64,000 bases of DNA from Microthyrium microscopicum (GCA_010405405.1 MU004232.1:1383481-1447480); one strand, 5' to 3'; counted from the stretch's first letter, positions 39,104 to 53,109 are shown. Translations and numbers: made by a program. Notes: generated from the letters alone by a model not told the origin.

Positions 39104-42100
39104 TTATTTCATGCGTTGGTCCAGTGATACGCGCACCATGTCCATAACAAATGGCTGTGGTGCGCTTGCGAACATGTAGCCTGTGTTTGTGTGGCGGAGT
39201 TCTGATATGAGGCGTGATGAGCCCGTGAGATATCCACCGGAGAGTCCGAAAGTGTGGTAGAATGAGCCATATGCGAGGACCTCGGTGTGAGGGAGTTTAT
39301 TGAGATGGGAGTAGTTGGAGGCGACGGGAATGATGGATGGCGAGTGGAGGAAGATGGTCATGGGGGCTTTGGTCATGATTTTCTTGGAGTCATGGGCGAA
39401 TTGGCGGTGGCTTTCTTGGTCGGGCAGGTCCATGAAGACGGTGATATAAGTCTTCTTGTGCGATTGAAGCTCTTGAATGATTTGTACTAAGTGAGTGTTG
39501 TCTCTGTAGCGGATGACACTCTTGTCGGCGAGATTGAGACCATCGTGGAGAGCGTAGGGAAGCGATTTTCCTATCAGCATGCAGTGATTCTCGTAGTTCA
39601 AGAATGGTCGGCATAGAGCGGCAACTGTGGAGGATACTCCAATAGATGCATCTGCGAATGTCATGGCACTTTGCATTCCCAAGCATTTTGCCAGTAAGGC
39701 TTCTGTTGCGAGATGTGGTGGGAATGTTCCAGCCATACCACGACTGCTACCAGAGGCGAGACCGTATATTTTCCTTGATGCCTGGCCAGCTTCGATTACG
39801 GCGTAATGGTTAAGTTGATGTTTGGAAGATGCTACGTTCTGCTGGATCAGGTCTTCAATGTGCTGATATGTCATCACAGCTTCTTCTCCCTCGTCGTCTC
39901 CAAGATCGGATGGGGAGCGATATTTGAAAGCACGAAGCGTCAAGTTGACTGTCAAGTTGCTCTTCTTTGCGAGTCCGAGTCGACGCGTTGAACGAATAAT
40001 AATCTTCAAGAGTTCATCAATCTCGCGATCGCTAAAGTCTGCCGTGAGATACACCACAACTCGGCTTTCCCAAAACTCGACGGCTGGACTTGTCACAGGC
40101 GTCGCAATAACTCCCCATTGACGTAGCACGTAAGAGAGCTTGGCTGCAACAGTTGGTCGACCACAATGAATTGGCATGATCGGTGAGCCAGTTTCGCCAT
40201 ACGTAAAGATGCCAAATCGAGTAAGTTCTCGTCGGAAGTATCGAGAGATCTCTGACAGTCGATGGAGCTTCTTGTATGTGCGTGTAGGTTGACCGAGGAC
40301 CCACAGGGTTTGCACCATAGCTGGCAAAGATAGAGGCTCTTCACCTTGAATTCGAAGCTTTTGTAGGTGTGCGCGAATTCGCTCACCATACTCTGTTTTA
40401 CCGCATATGAGACCTCCAGCCGCTCCTAATGAATTAGCAAGAGACGCTGTTCGAATGTCGATAAGATCCCAAGGCACTGGAATTTCGGTTGGCTCATAGT
40501 TCCACCGTTCTAGACAGCCTCGCCCACTTTGTCCAAGAGATAGGAAAGAGTGCGACTCGTTGCAGAAGAGTGTATAGTGAAACTCCTTCTTTAGGCGATG
40601 AAGGTCGTCCAGAGGAGGTAGTGTACCGTGAAAACTGTTAAGGAGGTCAGTATATCACTCAGCGGTCGCATATTTTGCTTGATTCTTACCTGTACATGCC
40701 CTCAATGGCAACGACTGTGTGACCCCATTTCGCGCTGGCGCTTTTCAAAATTCGCTCCAAATCTTCCATATCATTGTGCTTAAACGTGTGAACTGCGCCA
40801 GCCTGTCCGCGAGCAATGCCAGCAAACATTGATGAATGGCACTTTTCGTCCACGAGAAACATGGTAGAGGTATCCGCAAGAGCAGCGAGAGCCGCAAAAT
40901 TGGCTCCATATCCCGAACTCATGGTATAGCAGAAGTTTGCGCCAAAAAATCGACCAATTACCGCGTTGGTCGCGTTCTCCATAACCTCTACGCCTTGAGC
41001 AGCGGAGAAGGGTAGCTTGTCCATGACCAATTGTTGCAACTCTTCAGCTTTGGGTATCGTCTTATAAAGTCCGGCATAGTTGTAAGAGGAGGCATTGAGC
41101 ACCGTGGAAGCGGGCCCATCTGAGTTCTTCACACGAACTCTTCCCAAGCTTTGAGTCTGAAGCACGCGCTCATTCTTTCCCCACCAAGTGAAGAGTGGCT
41201 CCACGTGCGCCAATGCAAATTCGCCCTTTTTGCTTGTAGGTTTGTAAAGTTCGCGCTTCTCTTTGTTTGACACTCGAGCTTTGATAGACTGCAGTCTTGC
41301 CATTTCACGGATTCGATCGTAAGCGGATGGACGTTGAGGGGGCTTGAGATCTACTTCTCCTTCATCGTACGGTATCGGATCTGGGGACGAACTTCGTGCA
41401 GAGTGCGAATGCTTCGGTGAATGTCGTGCGCTTGCAGGTGCCGAGCCGCGATTTGGAGTCATGATACCCATGGACATTCTATCTGAAGTCGTTCCAATGC
41501 TAAAGTTTGCTACAGATCCATTTCGAGATGCAAAGCCAGACGCGATTCTCGATTTTTTCTTGAATGCGCTAAGATCTGTCATAGAACCGTTCTTAGAGGC
41601 AAAGCCAGACGCAACCCTTGATTTATGTCGAAGATCCCCTGTGGAGCCATTTCGTGACGCCAGTCCAGAGGCTATCCTGGGATTCTTGGGCGCATGAAGA
41701 TTCTCCCAGGAGCCGTTTCTAGAGCCAAATACCGACATAATTCGACTTTTCGGCTTGAAGCTGAGATCTTCTTGTGATCCTCTCCGAGAATGGAATCCAG
41801 AGGCAGCCCCAGAGTGTATTCTGGCGTTGAATTTGAATCCCAAGTCGGTTTGGGACCCATTTTTCGGCGTCATGAAACCAGAAGCAATCTGCCTTTTAGT
41901 TTTGGGTCGAGTATCGCGAATTGAGCCATTCCTGGAGATGAGACCCTTTGGTATTCTGTGGACGTGATTTGCTGAAAGATCTGTTGAGGAAGCTGTGGCG
42001 GTCCATGGCGCAGCACTAGGACTGATCCCGATCTCCGGTTTTACGCTGAGATCTCCTACCGAGGCTGTAAACTTTGGGGTTGAGCTAGACTGAAAGCTGT

Positions 42101-42963
42101 ACGGAGACTTGAAGTCTTGTATCCCAAGCTGTGGAGGATTCGCGGAGATCGTGGAGACTGCAGAGGCTCTCGAGTTATTTTGCTCCATAGAAGACGCGCC
42201 AAGTGGAAAGTCATAATTGGACACTGCAGAAACGACTCTGGAACCATTATGGTCTGAGGTTGCGCCATATGGAAGATTGTTAGAAGAAACCTGGTATGGT
42301 TGCTGTACGCTGAGTTCGTTGTTAAAAGACGGCGCGTAAGATGCCGTACTAGCGGAGGAGTGATATTGTTGATGTACGCTGAGGTCGGTATTTGATGATG
42401 GCGCGTATGGAGTTGTACTAGTAGAAGAATGATATTGTTGATGTGTGCTAAGATCTGTTGGTGAAGAAGGGGCATAAGGAAGAGTATTCGCTGAGGGTTG
42501 GTAGGCATGGTTCGACGGCGGTCTAATTTCTTGATCAGTTGATGACGCATTATATGGCCCATTGAAGCCTCCGTAGATGTTGGGCTGCTGAAAGTTCAGC
42601 TCTGTGGGTGAAGGAGCATATGGCCCAGAGTTCGTTGGGGGTCGGTACGCGGTATATCTTTGATCGGATTGTTTCTGTTGAGGTTGCGGCAAAGTATATT
42701 CTAACGAAGAACCGTTTGAGGGCGCCTAATCGCGAATATGGATCAGAATGGGCACAAGACATGCTATGTCAGGATCTTACCATTTCATCGTCCATTCCCC
42801 AGCTTACTTCCCGCGGTGATTGCGGCGATGATGGACTCATTGCATGCATGTAAATGCTCTTCTTGTCTCTAGGTGAAGATGAGTAGTCGAGATATGAGTT
42901 GTGATCGAGTCCAAGAGATTCGCCTTCCCAGTCCTGTGGAAGGACAACTTGAGGAATCGACAT
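39104..42963 (-). CDS. Serine palmitoyltransferase-like (alpha-oxoamine synthase fold) protein with two tandem PLP-fold domains and a long low-complexity N-terminus
   Basis: Exons ~42963-42782, 42725-40690, 40636-39104. Domain 1: LNASSYNYAG, SSGYGAN, FKHNDMEDLERIL, IEGMYS, NESHSFLSLGQSGRG, SLANSLGAAGG. Domain 2: YGLASGSSRGMAGTFPPHL and FGLSGGYLTGS..GYMFAS. Confidence 0.85.
41440..41945 (-). repeat. About 8 imperfect coding repeats, consensus SRIASGFASRNGSxxDL
   Basis: Visible in the translation of ORF 40686-42692; ~60-nt period. Confidence 0.85.
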
Positions 42964-45698
42964 TTGATAGAACTACTGGCGTCGGTTTCCAAGGGACTGA
43001 AAAGGTTCGAAAGCTGCGTTCCTAGTCAAATGTGTGGTACAGATGACGAACAGCAACTCACCCGTTCCCAGGGGTTCAGAGGCGATGGAACTTGAAGTGG
43101 AATTGTTCGCGAAGTAAAAATCAAAGCTCCAAAAATCAACACAAGACACGACTAAGTTTAAAGTTTTAACTCGAGAAGAAAAGCCACCAGCAGCTGGGGC
43201 TGAATAGTACACGGAGCGGTCGTCAGTCGCGATATTTTGACGACTACAGAGCATTTTCACGACATGACCGTGCACAGCAAAAACGAAATCATGGGCTAGA
43301 TTTGGTACTCGCCGAGTCGGCGCGCGGTGCAAGGGCGAATCATCGCCAGGGAGGATAAAAAGGAGTCGACTCCACGTGTATTATTGAAGTGGCTTAGGGG
43401 GCGGCCGTCCGCGGTTGGGCCTTGGTCCCCTTGAAGCTCGATAAATACGAATTGGGCGGGAAACTTGTTTGCTGAGAACAGTGCTAAAGTGGAACAGTCT
43501 TCAATCGACCGTGGTCAGTTTGGCCTAGGCAAGAACCCTGATTGAACCATTGGAGCATTGGCCAGCCATAAGGCTTTGAGCTATGCCTAAAAGACGAGTT
43601 GAAATAGCATAAATTTGGTGTGGCTCATGTTAAGGGGTCAACCCAAACCAAGTTGCTTTGGTAATGTAGAGTAGAGTACCAACAAATACCCACTCACCAA
43701 AAAGCTGCAGCAGGCTTGTAACAAGGACTGCGAAGCGATGTATTATGCAGTGATGCACCAACTATTGGGGATTTGAGGCGCGAAATACTGTTGGAACTTG
43801 GTCTTTGGACGCGAAGCCAACGCCGCGAACCTGGAAAGGAGGAAATAAATGGAACACATCCCTGACTTTGCAGTTTGGAGCTGACAGCCAGCAAAAGCCA
43901 ACAAGTGCCAGACCTCCACGTTTGTTCCCCAACCGCTTGTCACGACTCTGCGGCAATGCGCCGGACCCACATGGGCGTCTCAATAAAGGTCTCATCATCC
44001 AGCTGCCAACCAGTAAATCAGGGAAGGATATGTTGGTCTTCGACTCTACAGTGTACACCGTAGCTTGGCTGCGTTCAACCTGTTTGATGGCAGGTACTAC
44101 TAAGGAATATACCGTACTTGCCACTTGGTCTGCGCAGCGCCGTTGCAGCTTGTAACATCCGAAAGCAAAAAACAAGCTTGGTATGAGCCCATCAAGTCCT
44201 AATTTGAGGAACGCCGCATTCACAAAGTACACCTTTAGAGTATGGAAAAGTCCGGATAGCACGGAGTTGAAGTAGGAGGTAGCATCTTTGCTGACCATCG
44301 CTACAGCTTAAGGGGCCCGCCCGTACCCGTATTTTTACCCGCTCAAGATGCGGCTCTTCGCTCACCAGAATTAACCTCCACCAGTTAATGCTACAAGCGA
44401 CCCATGGATTTCCTGGGATTTTCTGGGGCGGATCTGCGGATCGAATGAATTGAGATTGCGCACCCTTGTCCTGCGTCAGCAGCTTCTCTCCAACTCTATT
44501 CTTACACCTTGCAGCGATCGCTAATGCAGTCTTCCACTACAGTAAGTTATTGAAAGGAGTAGGCATATGTCAAGACAACGTAGAGAATTGCCATCTGATA
44601 GAATTCGGAAATAAACCTCCAAAGTTCTCAGAGAGCACGATCAAAATTGGGTCTGTCTTGATCCTTCGAAAAAACGAATTATTGCCATTTCCACGCTCTC
44701 GGGGCTTGCGCCTTTCTCCAATGTTGACGCCGCTGGCCGTAGGGCCGCTCCCTCCGACTTCTACCGTACTACGGCAGATCTTCTGGAAGAAAAAGCTTAG
44801 CGCACGCGGTTCAAAGATGAAGTGTGGTTGGAAAAGACATGACATCTGGAGCTTACTCGGAAGAACAAAGATCGACATGTTTTACGATGTCAAAATCCCA
44901 AAATAGTTCCGTTTCATTTCAGCCAAGCAGCTAACGATTGTGGCACAAATATTAAATTTAACATTTTTTGGAAAAAGTGTACAAATGGTCATAAGTTTTA
45001 CGCCACCGTTGACGGTCGAGTACAACTCTACGGTAAAATGACACTTCGTTTATTCATACTTTTATATGTCCCCATATAAGTAAACAGTTTACTTCATTTC
45101 GTGCGACTAAGTCCAAGGAATATTAGGTATACGGATACTAGAAGCACAACTTCACACAGCTGTGTGTTCTTTATTGATCCTTCTCTTCGGTACTTCGCTC
45201 CAGAATTTGAGTTGGTCTCAAGGACCGACACGACAATCCAATACGCATTTCACGCTGTGCTTATTCATCGCTTCAGCTGTGGGGGAGGTTCTTCTGGATA
45301 TACTTCTTTTCTTGTAATTACTGCAGTTTGCGACCGGAGATGTCTTCATCGCATTCAGAAGGCCTCACCTGGGTTGGCGTGCTGAATCTCGAAGCTGGGG
45401 TGCTTGATACAACGACAGGAGAGTCGGGAGATGCGTAACGAATGAAAGATCAATTTGAGCTTGAGTAAAGAGAAGTACTCTGTAGGAGGTGATGGATCGA
45501 AATCCTTTCGAGCTCAAAAAGGATATTTTTATCTAGAGCGCGCCTTGGGACGAGTATCACAGTCTGGTGTTTGCTATTTCTCAAAGTCGCATGGCATGCC
45601 AATGAGTCTTACAATCAGTTTGACCGTACTGTAGCTTCGAGGGGAGTACAAGGCCGTTAAGAACATTGCTTGACCAGCGCACGGCTTCCCGTCTCAAC

Positions 45699-47504
45699 TC
45701 AGCTAACTTTGCGTTTGGATAAGCGGCCTGGCATACCACCTTTAGGCTTCGCTGCAGCCCGTAGAATCTGATAGCATCGATGACCCTCAATAGTCTGTCT
45801 CTCTGTGCCAGGTCTTCCATCTTCAAACTCACTCACAGTATCTATTGGTGTCCAAGTCTCAGTCTTGACTCCATCAATCTCGGACACAAAGTCGAAGCCT
45901 CTGACTGCAAGCGCTAGAATCACACGGCTTTCGATCATGGCAAGCTCTTGGCCAATACAGTTTCTTGGTCCTCGCTCAAATGGTCTCCAGGCCTCCTTTC
46001 CTGCTGGTGTGAATAACTTTGCTTCTGGGAAGGGCGTTTCGGCTTGGATGAAGCGTTCTGGTATGAAGTGATGTGGATCTGGGAAGAATTCTTCATTGCG
46101 TGACACAAAGTGCACTGCGGGCCAGACATGCCAGCCACTTATGGGGAATTTGCGACCGCTTTTGGGGTCTGTGATGAATACAATCTTTGATGGATCAGAA
46201 GCTGCGGGTATGTGACGCAGAGTGGAAGCTGGTGGAAACATTCGGAGTGCTTCCTTTATGATAGCATTTCCATATTCAAGTTTGTTGACGATGTGGTGGT
46301 CTTTCTTGATCATCTCTGCTATCGCGGCTGGACTCGTCCCAACGCCGAAGACGGTGTCGAGTTCTTTGCAAAACTTGTTGTAAACCGATGGCAGCAAGTG
46401 GAGCATATAATAGATATATGACAGCGTGGAGGCGGTGGTGTCGTGACCAGCAAAGATGAACGTTTTCATGCTGTCCACGATATCTGCTCGAGTTCGAGCA
46501 TCAACCATGACCTTTGCACCTCCAGCCTTCCCCGATTCGCTCAGCTCTTTCTCATAGCCGTCCAGTGCAAGATCAACAACCGACTTCTTACGATTCTTTG
46601 CACTGCCCGAGCTTGCAGTCTTACTGGCTTCCCGAGCTTGGATCTTTCTTTCTAGCTCTTTAGCAATCAAACCGTTCAATTTGCGTTCATTCTTCCAAAG
46701 CCGATAAGGGCGAAAAAGATCTAAGCCAGCCCATGGATAAATAGATGTAACATCTGGCATCAAACCGATTCTTGTGCGGAAGGTATCAACGATTGGATGT
46801 GTTGCCTTTTGACTGTTAAAGTCCGAGTCCAAGACGACTTTGCCAATAATATCGATTGTCAATTTTGTGCAAACGTCCTCCAATTCAAAAAGCTCTCCAG
46901 TTTCTGCCTTCTTGTTCAGAATGTCGAGGAACACCATGCTTGAGTCGACAATGTACGGGACCATGGTCATCAGATGACTTGCACTAAAGCCAGGATTGAA
47001 CATGGATCGTAGCCTCTTCCAGTGACTTCCTTCTGAGCTCACCATATTGAGCTTCCCGAGGAATCTATCAAGGAAGTCTGTCTCGAGCGACGATTTGGGC
47101 AAAGACTGCGTTGTGGTGATATATTGGCTGATAAGTTCGGGGTCGGACATGAACAGAAACCGCGGGCCCAATGGCCACATATCGAGATAGAACAGTGGCC
47201 CTGTCTTCCATCTTTTGGCGATGTAGTGAGGCCAATTGTGCATATGAGTGGTAGGCGGGAAAAGCTTCATGCATTCACCAGCGACGGGCATGTTTCCCCA
47301 GATGAAAGAGCGGCCATCTGGTCCTCGCGGTTGAGGCTTTGAGCGATAGTTAGTACATTGGGTATAACAAGTAGACAATCTAGCAGAAGGAGCACTTCAG
47401 CGACTTACCAGATCTTTACTTTCATTGCGTCTTTTGGTAAAGTAAGCGAGGCCATAAATGACTGCAGCAATACCCACGAGCCAGATCGAAGAGTATGGTA
47501 GCAT
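45699..47504 (-). CDS. Cytochrome P450 monooxygenase
   Basis: Membrane-anchor exon 47504-47409, intron 47337-47408; AGHDTT, EALR, PERF and heme motif FERGPRNCIG. Confidence 0.96.
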
Positions 47505-48799
47505 TATGATGAGTGATGTTGTCGCAACGATAAGCTGGGTGTGGGAGGACAGCCTGATTTATAGAGATGCAGCATGCCGCTGGGCGGAAGACAAGCAAGG
47601 ATCAAGACGAGCCTTGGGAGCTTACATGTTTCTTAGAGTTTCCAAGTTTAGCATTGTAATTGGTGGCGTTGTAACAGCTTAGCTTATGGGATTTGTATGG
47701 TGCAGTGGGCCTTTCTAGGGATTGGAGCAGACGTTGAATTAAAGCATGATGCAGCGCAGCGGTAATTGTCTCCTTATCGGGATGTGCAGCAGTTTTACGC
47801 CTTCTCTGAATGCTCTTCGAATGTATAATGTCGTGAACCATGTGTAGAAATTGGCGAGTGATGAAGTGGCTGAACGCCCTCTTCAGGGACAAAATAAGTG
47901 AGCTGTTTCGACGACTATTCCTCTTAAAGAGTGACTGCTTAATTGCCATCTTATTTGATGAACTAATGTATTTCTGCCGACGCTGATTGAAATTAAAGCA
48001 GTCCCTCTCCAAGAAGTGTTATGGTAGCCGTCGTAATTATTGATGCGAAGGAGCTCCTTCCAACCGGCTCACTTATTTTGTCCCTGAAGAGACGCCTTTC
48101 CAATTTGCGATTGGCCCCCGTCCGCGCGGAATATCTCACTTGCTTGAATGGGAAATATTGTGCGACTATCTGCAGTCCACTCGTGGCCATACCTAAGATA
48201 GTGATATCCATAGATGGTGCTCGATAAGGCTGAATGATTCCTAATACTGACCTGATCCTTGCAACCTGAGAATTATAAGTTACAAGGTTCAGCCTTATCC
48301 TTTAAATTGGTGTTTCAAGCTCGGGGCCATGATTTGCTATATCGGAAAGGAGAGGCATCATCAAGTATATCTCAAAAGAGATGTAAAATCCATTTCATTG
48401 TTTTCGATATTTTCAATAAGATTTTGATATGTCATTGATGATAATTTGATGTCTTACGTGCACCGCACTTGGAAGTCGCGATCTCCTAGCGACAGCGGGC
48501 CTTGCCGTTGCTGGCACCTGCCACTCCAATATGAGTTGCTCTTTCCCACGATTATATACTTGCAAACATCAAGATGATGATGAGACCTTAGCTTTGGACT
48601 ATTCAAGTAAGTGCATTGCAAAGCAGTTAGCTTTGTCATTTGCGCCAGATTTGGCATTGTGTGCAAGCTCCAGGCTCCAGCCTGATCACTAGCCTCACCA
48701 CCATCATCTTTTGCATTAAGATGTTGACGAAACTCGTACATTATCTTCCCCACGGTCATCCATGGCCAAATCTTCGAATCGACCGGTCTCCACTCAACG

Positions 48800-50425
48800 A
48801 TGCCTAGATATTCAAAGGAAGCCTCCCGCTCAGCGACACCGAAACGTCCAAGAATCCCTCGGGAGCAGTGGGAAAGCCTAGGACGCAGAATGGCCAACAT
48901 ACCACAGGAGATATGGGACGCTGTCTATGAAGCTGTCGTCTTGGTACATGCTCCAAAGCCCGAAAACCGAGACTTCGCAGTACCAACTCCGATCAGCCTC
49001 GACACACTGAGTCATCCGGACTATGTAGTCCCAATGGAGATTCTGAATTTTCGACTTGTATGCAAGTCTTGGAAAGCAGCAGCAAACAAGCATTTTTATG
49101 CCACCTTCTTCCATTCTCGTACTGTTCAGATACACCGGACAAGTATAAACAATCTTGTCAGTGTCGGCAAGCGCGGGCATCTGGCTACCCAGGTCAGTTC
49201 CTTGACCTTCAATGTTGACCCATTATGGGAAAAGGTCGAAGCAAAGGATAATCCAGGCAAGATCTTGACAGTTACTGAGAAGATATGGTTCAATTTGCTC
49301 CTGGACGATAGTTTGCACACTGCCTTGGCTCAAGTGGTCAGAGCGATCAAAGCATTCCCCAAATTGTCCATCATACGACTTCGATCCCATGTCGCTCGCA
49401 AAACCGGAGGTCAAAATCTCGTAGGATGGCGCAAACAGACATGGCCTAAACACTTGCCGGCAATGAGACCTTTGGCCATGGAAGAGGTCATCAAATTGCT
49501 CCGCCAAGTGGTTCAGCCTGGAATGACAAAACAACCATTAACACTACATTTTGACCGAGCGCACGAGAAAAAATGGGCAGCAGTCTTGAATGTTTTACGG
49601 CCAGGTTCGGTCCAGGCAATCAACAATCCACTCACTCAACACCTCAGACAGCTCGCTGTCATCAGAGTTGACCAGGCATCCAGTGTGACTGGCTTAACTC
49701 TATGGCTGAGAATGCTCTGCCCTTACGCCGTCAATCTTCAACTTACTTTCTCGCACAACAAACCGGCGGACGCTGCAATCAATAACGGCAGACCGTTTCC
49801 TGTCCACTTTCCTTCTCGATTCCCTTTACAGGCTTTGAGACATCTCATGCTCAAGGACGTATGTGCAAATGACAGGCAATTGATTGAAATACTACATCAT
49901 CTTGCCGAGACGCTAAATACTCGTATGTCAAACCGTCGATTGGAGAGCGTCACCTTTCAAGATTGTTGCCTGGGAAGTATTAAGCATACTGACCAGGAAA
50001 TTTGGAAGGGGCTGTTTCAAGGATGGATATCCTGTCCAGTCATCAAATTACGAGGTAAGAAATATCCATTACAGAGAGATGGCAGTCGATCATGCATGAT
50101 GCCCTCTGGGCCCTTACGGGACGGAGAAGTCATTCATCAAACGCTTGTCATTAGACCAAGCAACCATTCGACCGTGTGAGTACATTGAACCGTACAGCCA
50201 TTCTAACTTGTTCCAGGCAGTTTAAGATATGCTGTGAATCCAGAATCGTGGGCTGGAACTGGCGATGTTGACATCGCGCCACTGATTGACTGGGCGAAGT
50301 CAACTTCCCCTGAGCTCCAATCCATCACTTGGGAGCCTTCGACTATAGACGAGGTCAATAGCCAGTCCAGAACTCAGATCATCGACTTCGAAGGCTCTGA
50401 CTTTGACCGATTGACCAATAGCTAG
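48800..50425 (+). CDS. F-box-like protein
   Basis: 459-codon ORF with split F-box-like motif NIPQEIWDAV...ILNFRLVCKSWKAAA; intron 50176-50220 leads in frame to a terminal exon ending 50425. Confidence 0.65.
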
Positions 50426-50979
50426 ACATTGTACATTATTACTATAACTGTCCAAATACAACAACTCCTCTTTTCCATTTATTGAGCCGGCCGAAATATG
50501 TGGCAACGTGAGATCTCGGAAGGACTTGCATATGTTGTTGTGGGAGGCAGAATATTGCCAATCTTGATGCGCACAACCGTTGTGCTACTCAAGCAATCCG
50601 ATCTAACAATTATTAGAAGAAGCGGGAGGGTAGTAATGGAAAGATACAGTGACAGAAAGACATACAACCCAATGCCTGACTTACATACGTGGCTCTGGCT
50701 ACTTACATGATATTCTCAGACTGGCCATTGCAAGATGTTTGTTGCCTACATGGACATGCACTCCACCGACGGCTATCAAACGGGAACATACACTATCGAG
50801 CATGACAGTCTATACAAGCCGTTGCAGTGATCCGTTGCCATGAGTGCACTGTGAGCAGGCGCGCCGTTTAGTGCGCCAATTAATCAACGCAGATCTCTCA
50901 ATTTCAAATCTTCATCAGACTCTGTGCAAGAAAACCAATCCGACTTTCTAACTACATTCAGTGCGTTATACCACTGACA

Positions 50980-52981
50980 ATGCAGCCCTTAGGAAACCCC
51001 AATGTGTCCGATCCGGTTGATCAGTCCAACGAGTCGGATCAAGTCAATCAGCCCAACGAGTCCAGTCAAGTCGATCAGCCCAACGAGTCCAGTCAAGTCG
51101 ATCAACCTGATAAGCCCGACAAAGCCGGTCAGCCCGATGAGCCCGACTTCCCTGTCGGCGATACTGGCAGAGGTCTGAGCAAGATATTGCGGAAGCTCAA
51201 AGAAGACATCAACTGCGGCTGGGACGAAGCCACCTATGCCATCGGCGGAAGCGTCAAAGTCAAAGCTGAGCCAGGTCCAAAAGTCTGTCCTCCGATTGTT
51301 ATTCGATGGGACACCTCAAATCCTACCAGACTGGGGCCTCCCAAAGTCTCTCTCCCACTTGATGCTTCCTTGTCTGAGAGCTTTCAGAAGCTGGTTCACG
51401 AGTGTCAGCCGGCTACCTTTGCGAAAGAAGGCGAGGAGGTGTATAATGAAGAGTATCGTAAGGCTGGAAAGCTAGATGAGACTGCTTTCTCTACGAACTT
51501 TTGCCCGTATTCGCTGGGTATCGTTGATACAATTGCTCAGGCGCTGCTGCCAACGATGCTCGACGCGGGTCTTGTGAAGGAGAAGGCGCGTGGAGTCAGA
51601 GCGGAGCTGTACAAACTCAATGTAAGAACTCCATTCGCAGTTGTCCAGTAGTCTTAGAGCACGCTCACTGAATGACCAGATCTATTCTGGTCCATCCGGA
51701 AAGTTCAAGGCCCATGTTGATACTCCACGAGCTCAGAGCCAATTCGGATCTCTGGTAGTTTGCTTGCCGTATGGCCACGAAGGTAGGATACTCCATCGCA
51801 TTCATCACTTTGAATAAATCAGAGCTTATAACATTACAGGTGGCGCCTTGGTTGTGCGTAACAAGAAAGGAAGCGCAACGACCTTCGACTGGGGATCTTT
51901 GCCAACCGACTCCATTCAGTGGGCTGCGTTCTACAGCGACTGTGAACACGAGGTACTGGAGGTCAATTCTGGCCATCGTGTGACCCTCACGTACAATCTC
52001 TATGTTGCGGCCGGACTTGGAATGCTCGCCGGGCAGAGCTTTGCCTTCGATGCGAAGCAAGTTCCGCTATATCACACTCTCCTGAAGATCACGCAGAAGC
52101 GGAACTTTTGGCAGAAGGGCAAGTAGCTAATACCGCCTGGATCTTCCATTGCTAACGTACTGGATATTTTAGGTGTTTGGATTGGAGTCAATTGCACTCA
52201 CTCTTATGCCCACACGGCCAACCCCAAGGATCATCTCCTGCCCTTCTCCCTCAAAGGCTTTGACTTCATCCTCTATGAAGTCTTCCGTGCTCTCGGTCTC
52301 AAGCCCAAGGCCGTCCCTCTTCTGCATGATAGTCGCTATGACTACGATGACGACGACGAAGACGAATACTGCGACGATTTTGACTGGCCCCGGTATGACG
52401 CATGGCCTCAAGATACTCTGGGAGAGCGTTTCCAGAGCACCGTAGTCGATCGTGAGGGAGTTTACGAGGGCGGCGATTTGGACGAGCGCGACATGTGGGG
52501 ACAAACCTGGATGCGTCGTGTTGCTTGGCTGGATGGAAATCCGAAGCGATACAAGGAGAAAGCTTTGATGTTCATGGCGGTAAGTTTAATGCTTGACAAA
52601 GCTTTGGGCTGAATACTGAAGCACAAACAGTATGGAAATGATGTTGGCTCGCTTGAGATTATGTACTCCAGTGCTGCAATTGTTGCTTGGCTGCCTCCAA
52701 CACAGCTAGATTCCGATTCCGAGAATACGGAAGTGTCGTCAGAGGAAGCATATTACGATGAGGACGAGGAGGACCAGTACGACGAAGAAGAAGAATCAGA
52801 TGAGAACGTGAATGGATCTGACGAGGAAGATGTCAAGGGTGAAGCGCTGGAGAAGGCACCAAATGGAGCAAGTGACGAAGGTCCCGAGACTGAAGTCAAG
52901 GCCAACGAACAGACAACGCCAGTCCTTGACAGCGGCCACAATAAGATCCAGGGTGTGAAGAACGAATTTGACGCAAAATGA
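50980..52981 (+). CDS. 2-oxoglutarate/Fe(II)-dependent dioxygenase (P4H-like fungal family) with acidic tail
   Basis: YKLN/IYSGPSGKFKAHVDTPR (HxD), FGSLVVCLP, WAAFYSDCEHEV, GHRVTLTYNL. Introns ~51622-51680, ~51784-51839, 52119-52172 (GC-AG), 52580-52630. Confidence 0.92.
51016..51147 (+). repeat. 27-bp coding tandem repeat (VDQPNESSQ-like), about 4-5 copies
   Basis: GTCGATCAGCCCAACGAGTCCAGTCAA and variants in tandem. Confidence 0.85.
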
Positions 52982-53109
52982 TTGGGGAGAGCGGATCGAC
53001 CAGTGGACGGGGTTTTAATGAAAAGGAAGCAGTAGAACTGATAGTGTAACTTCTTTGTCGCCCGAGAATACTAAAAAGGCTTCGCAAGTACAAACACCGA
53101 TCTCGATCC

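Noticed and set aside
43762..44906. ORFs of 100-178 codons between the SPT-like gene and the P450
   Set aside because: No recognisable motifs, overlapping on both strands, no convincing splice model.
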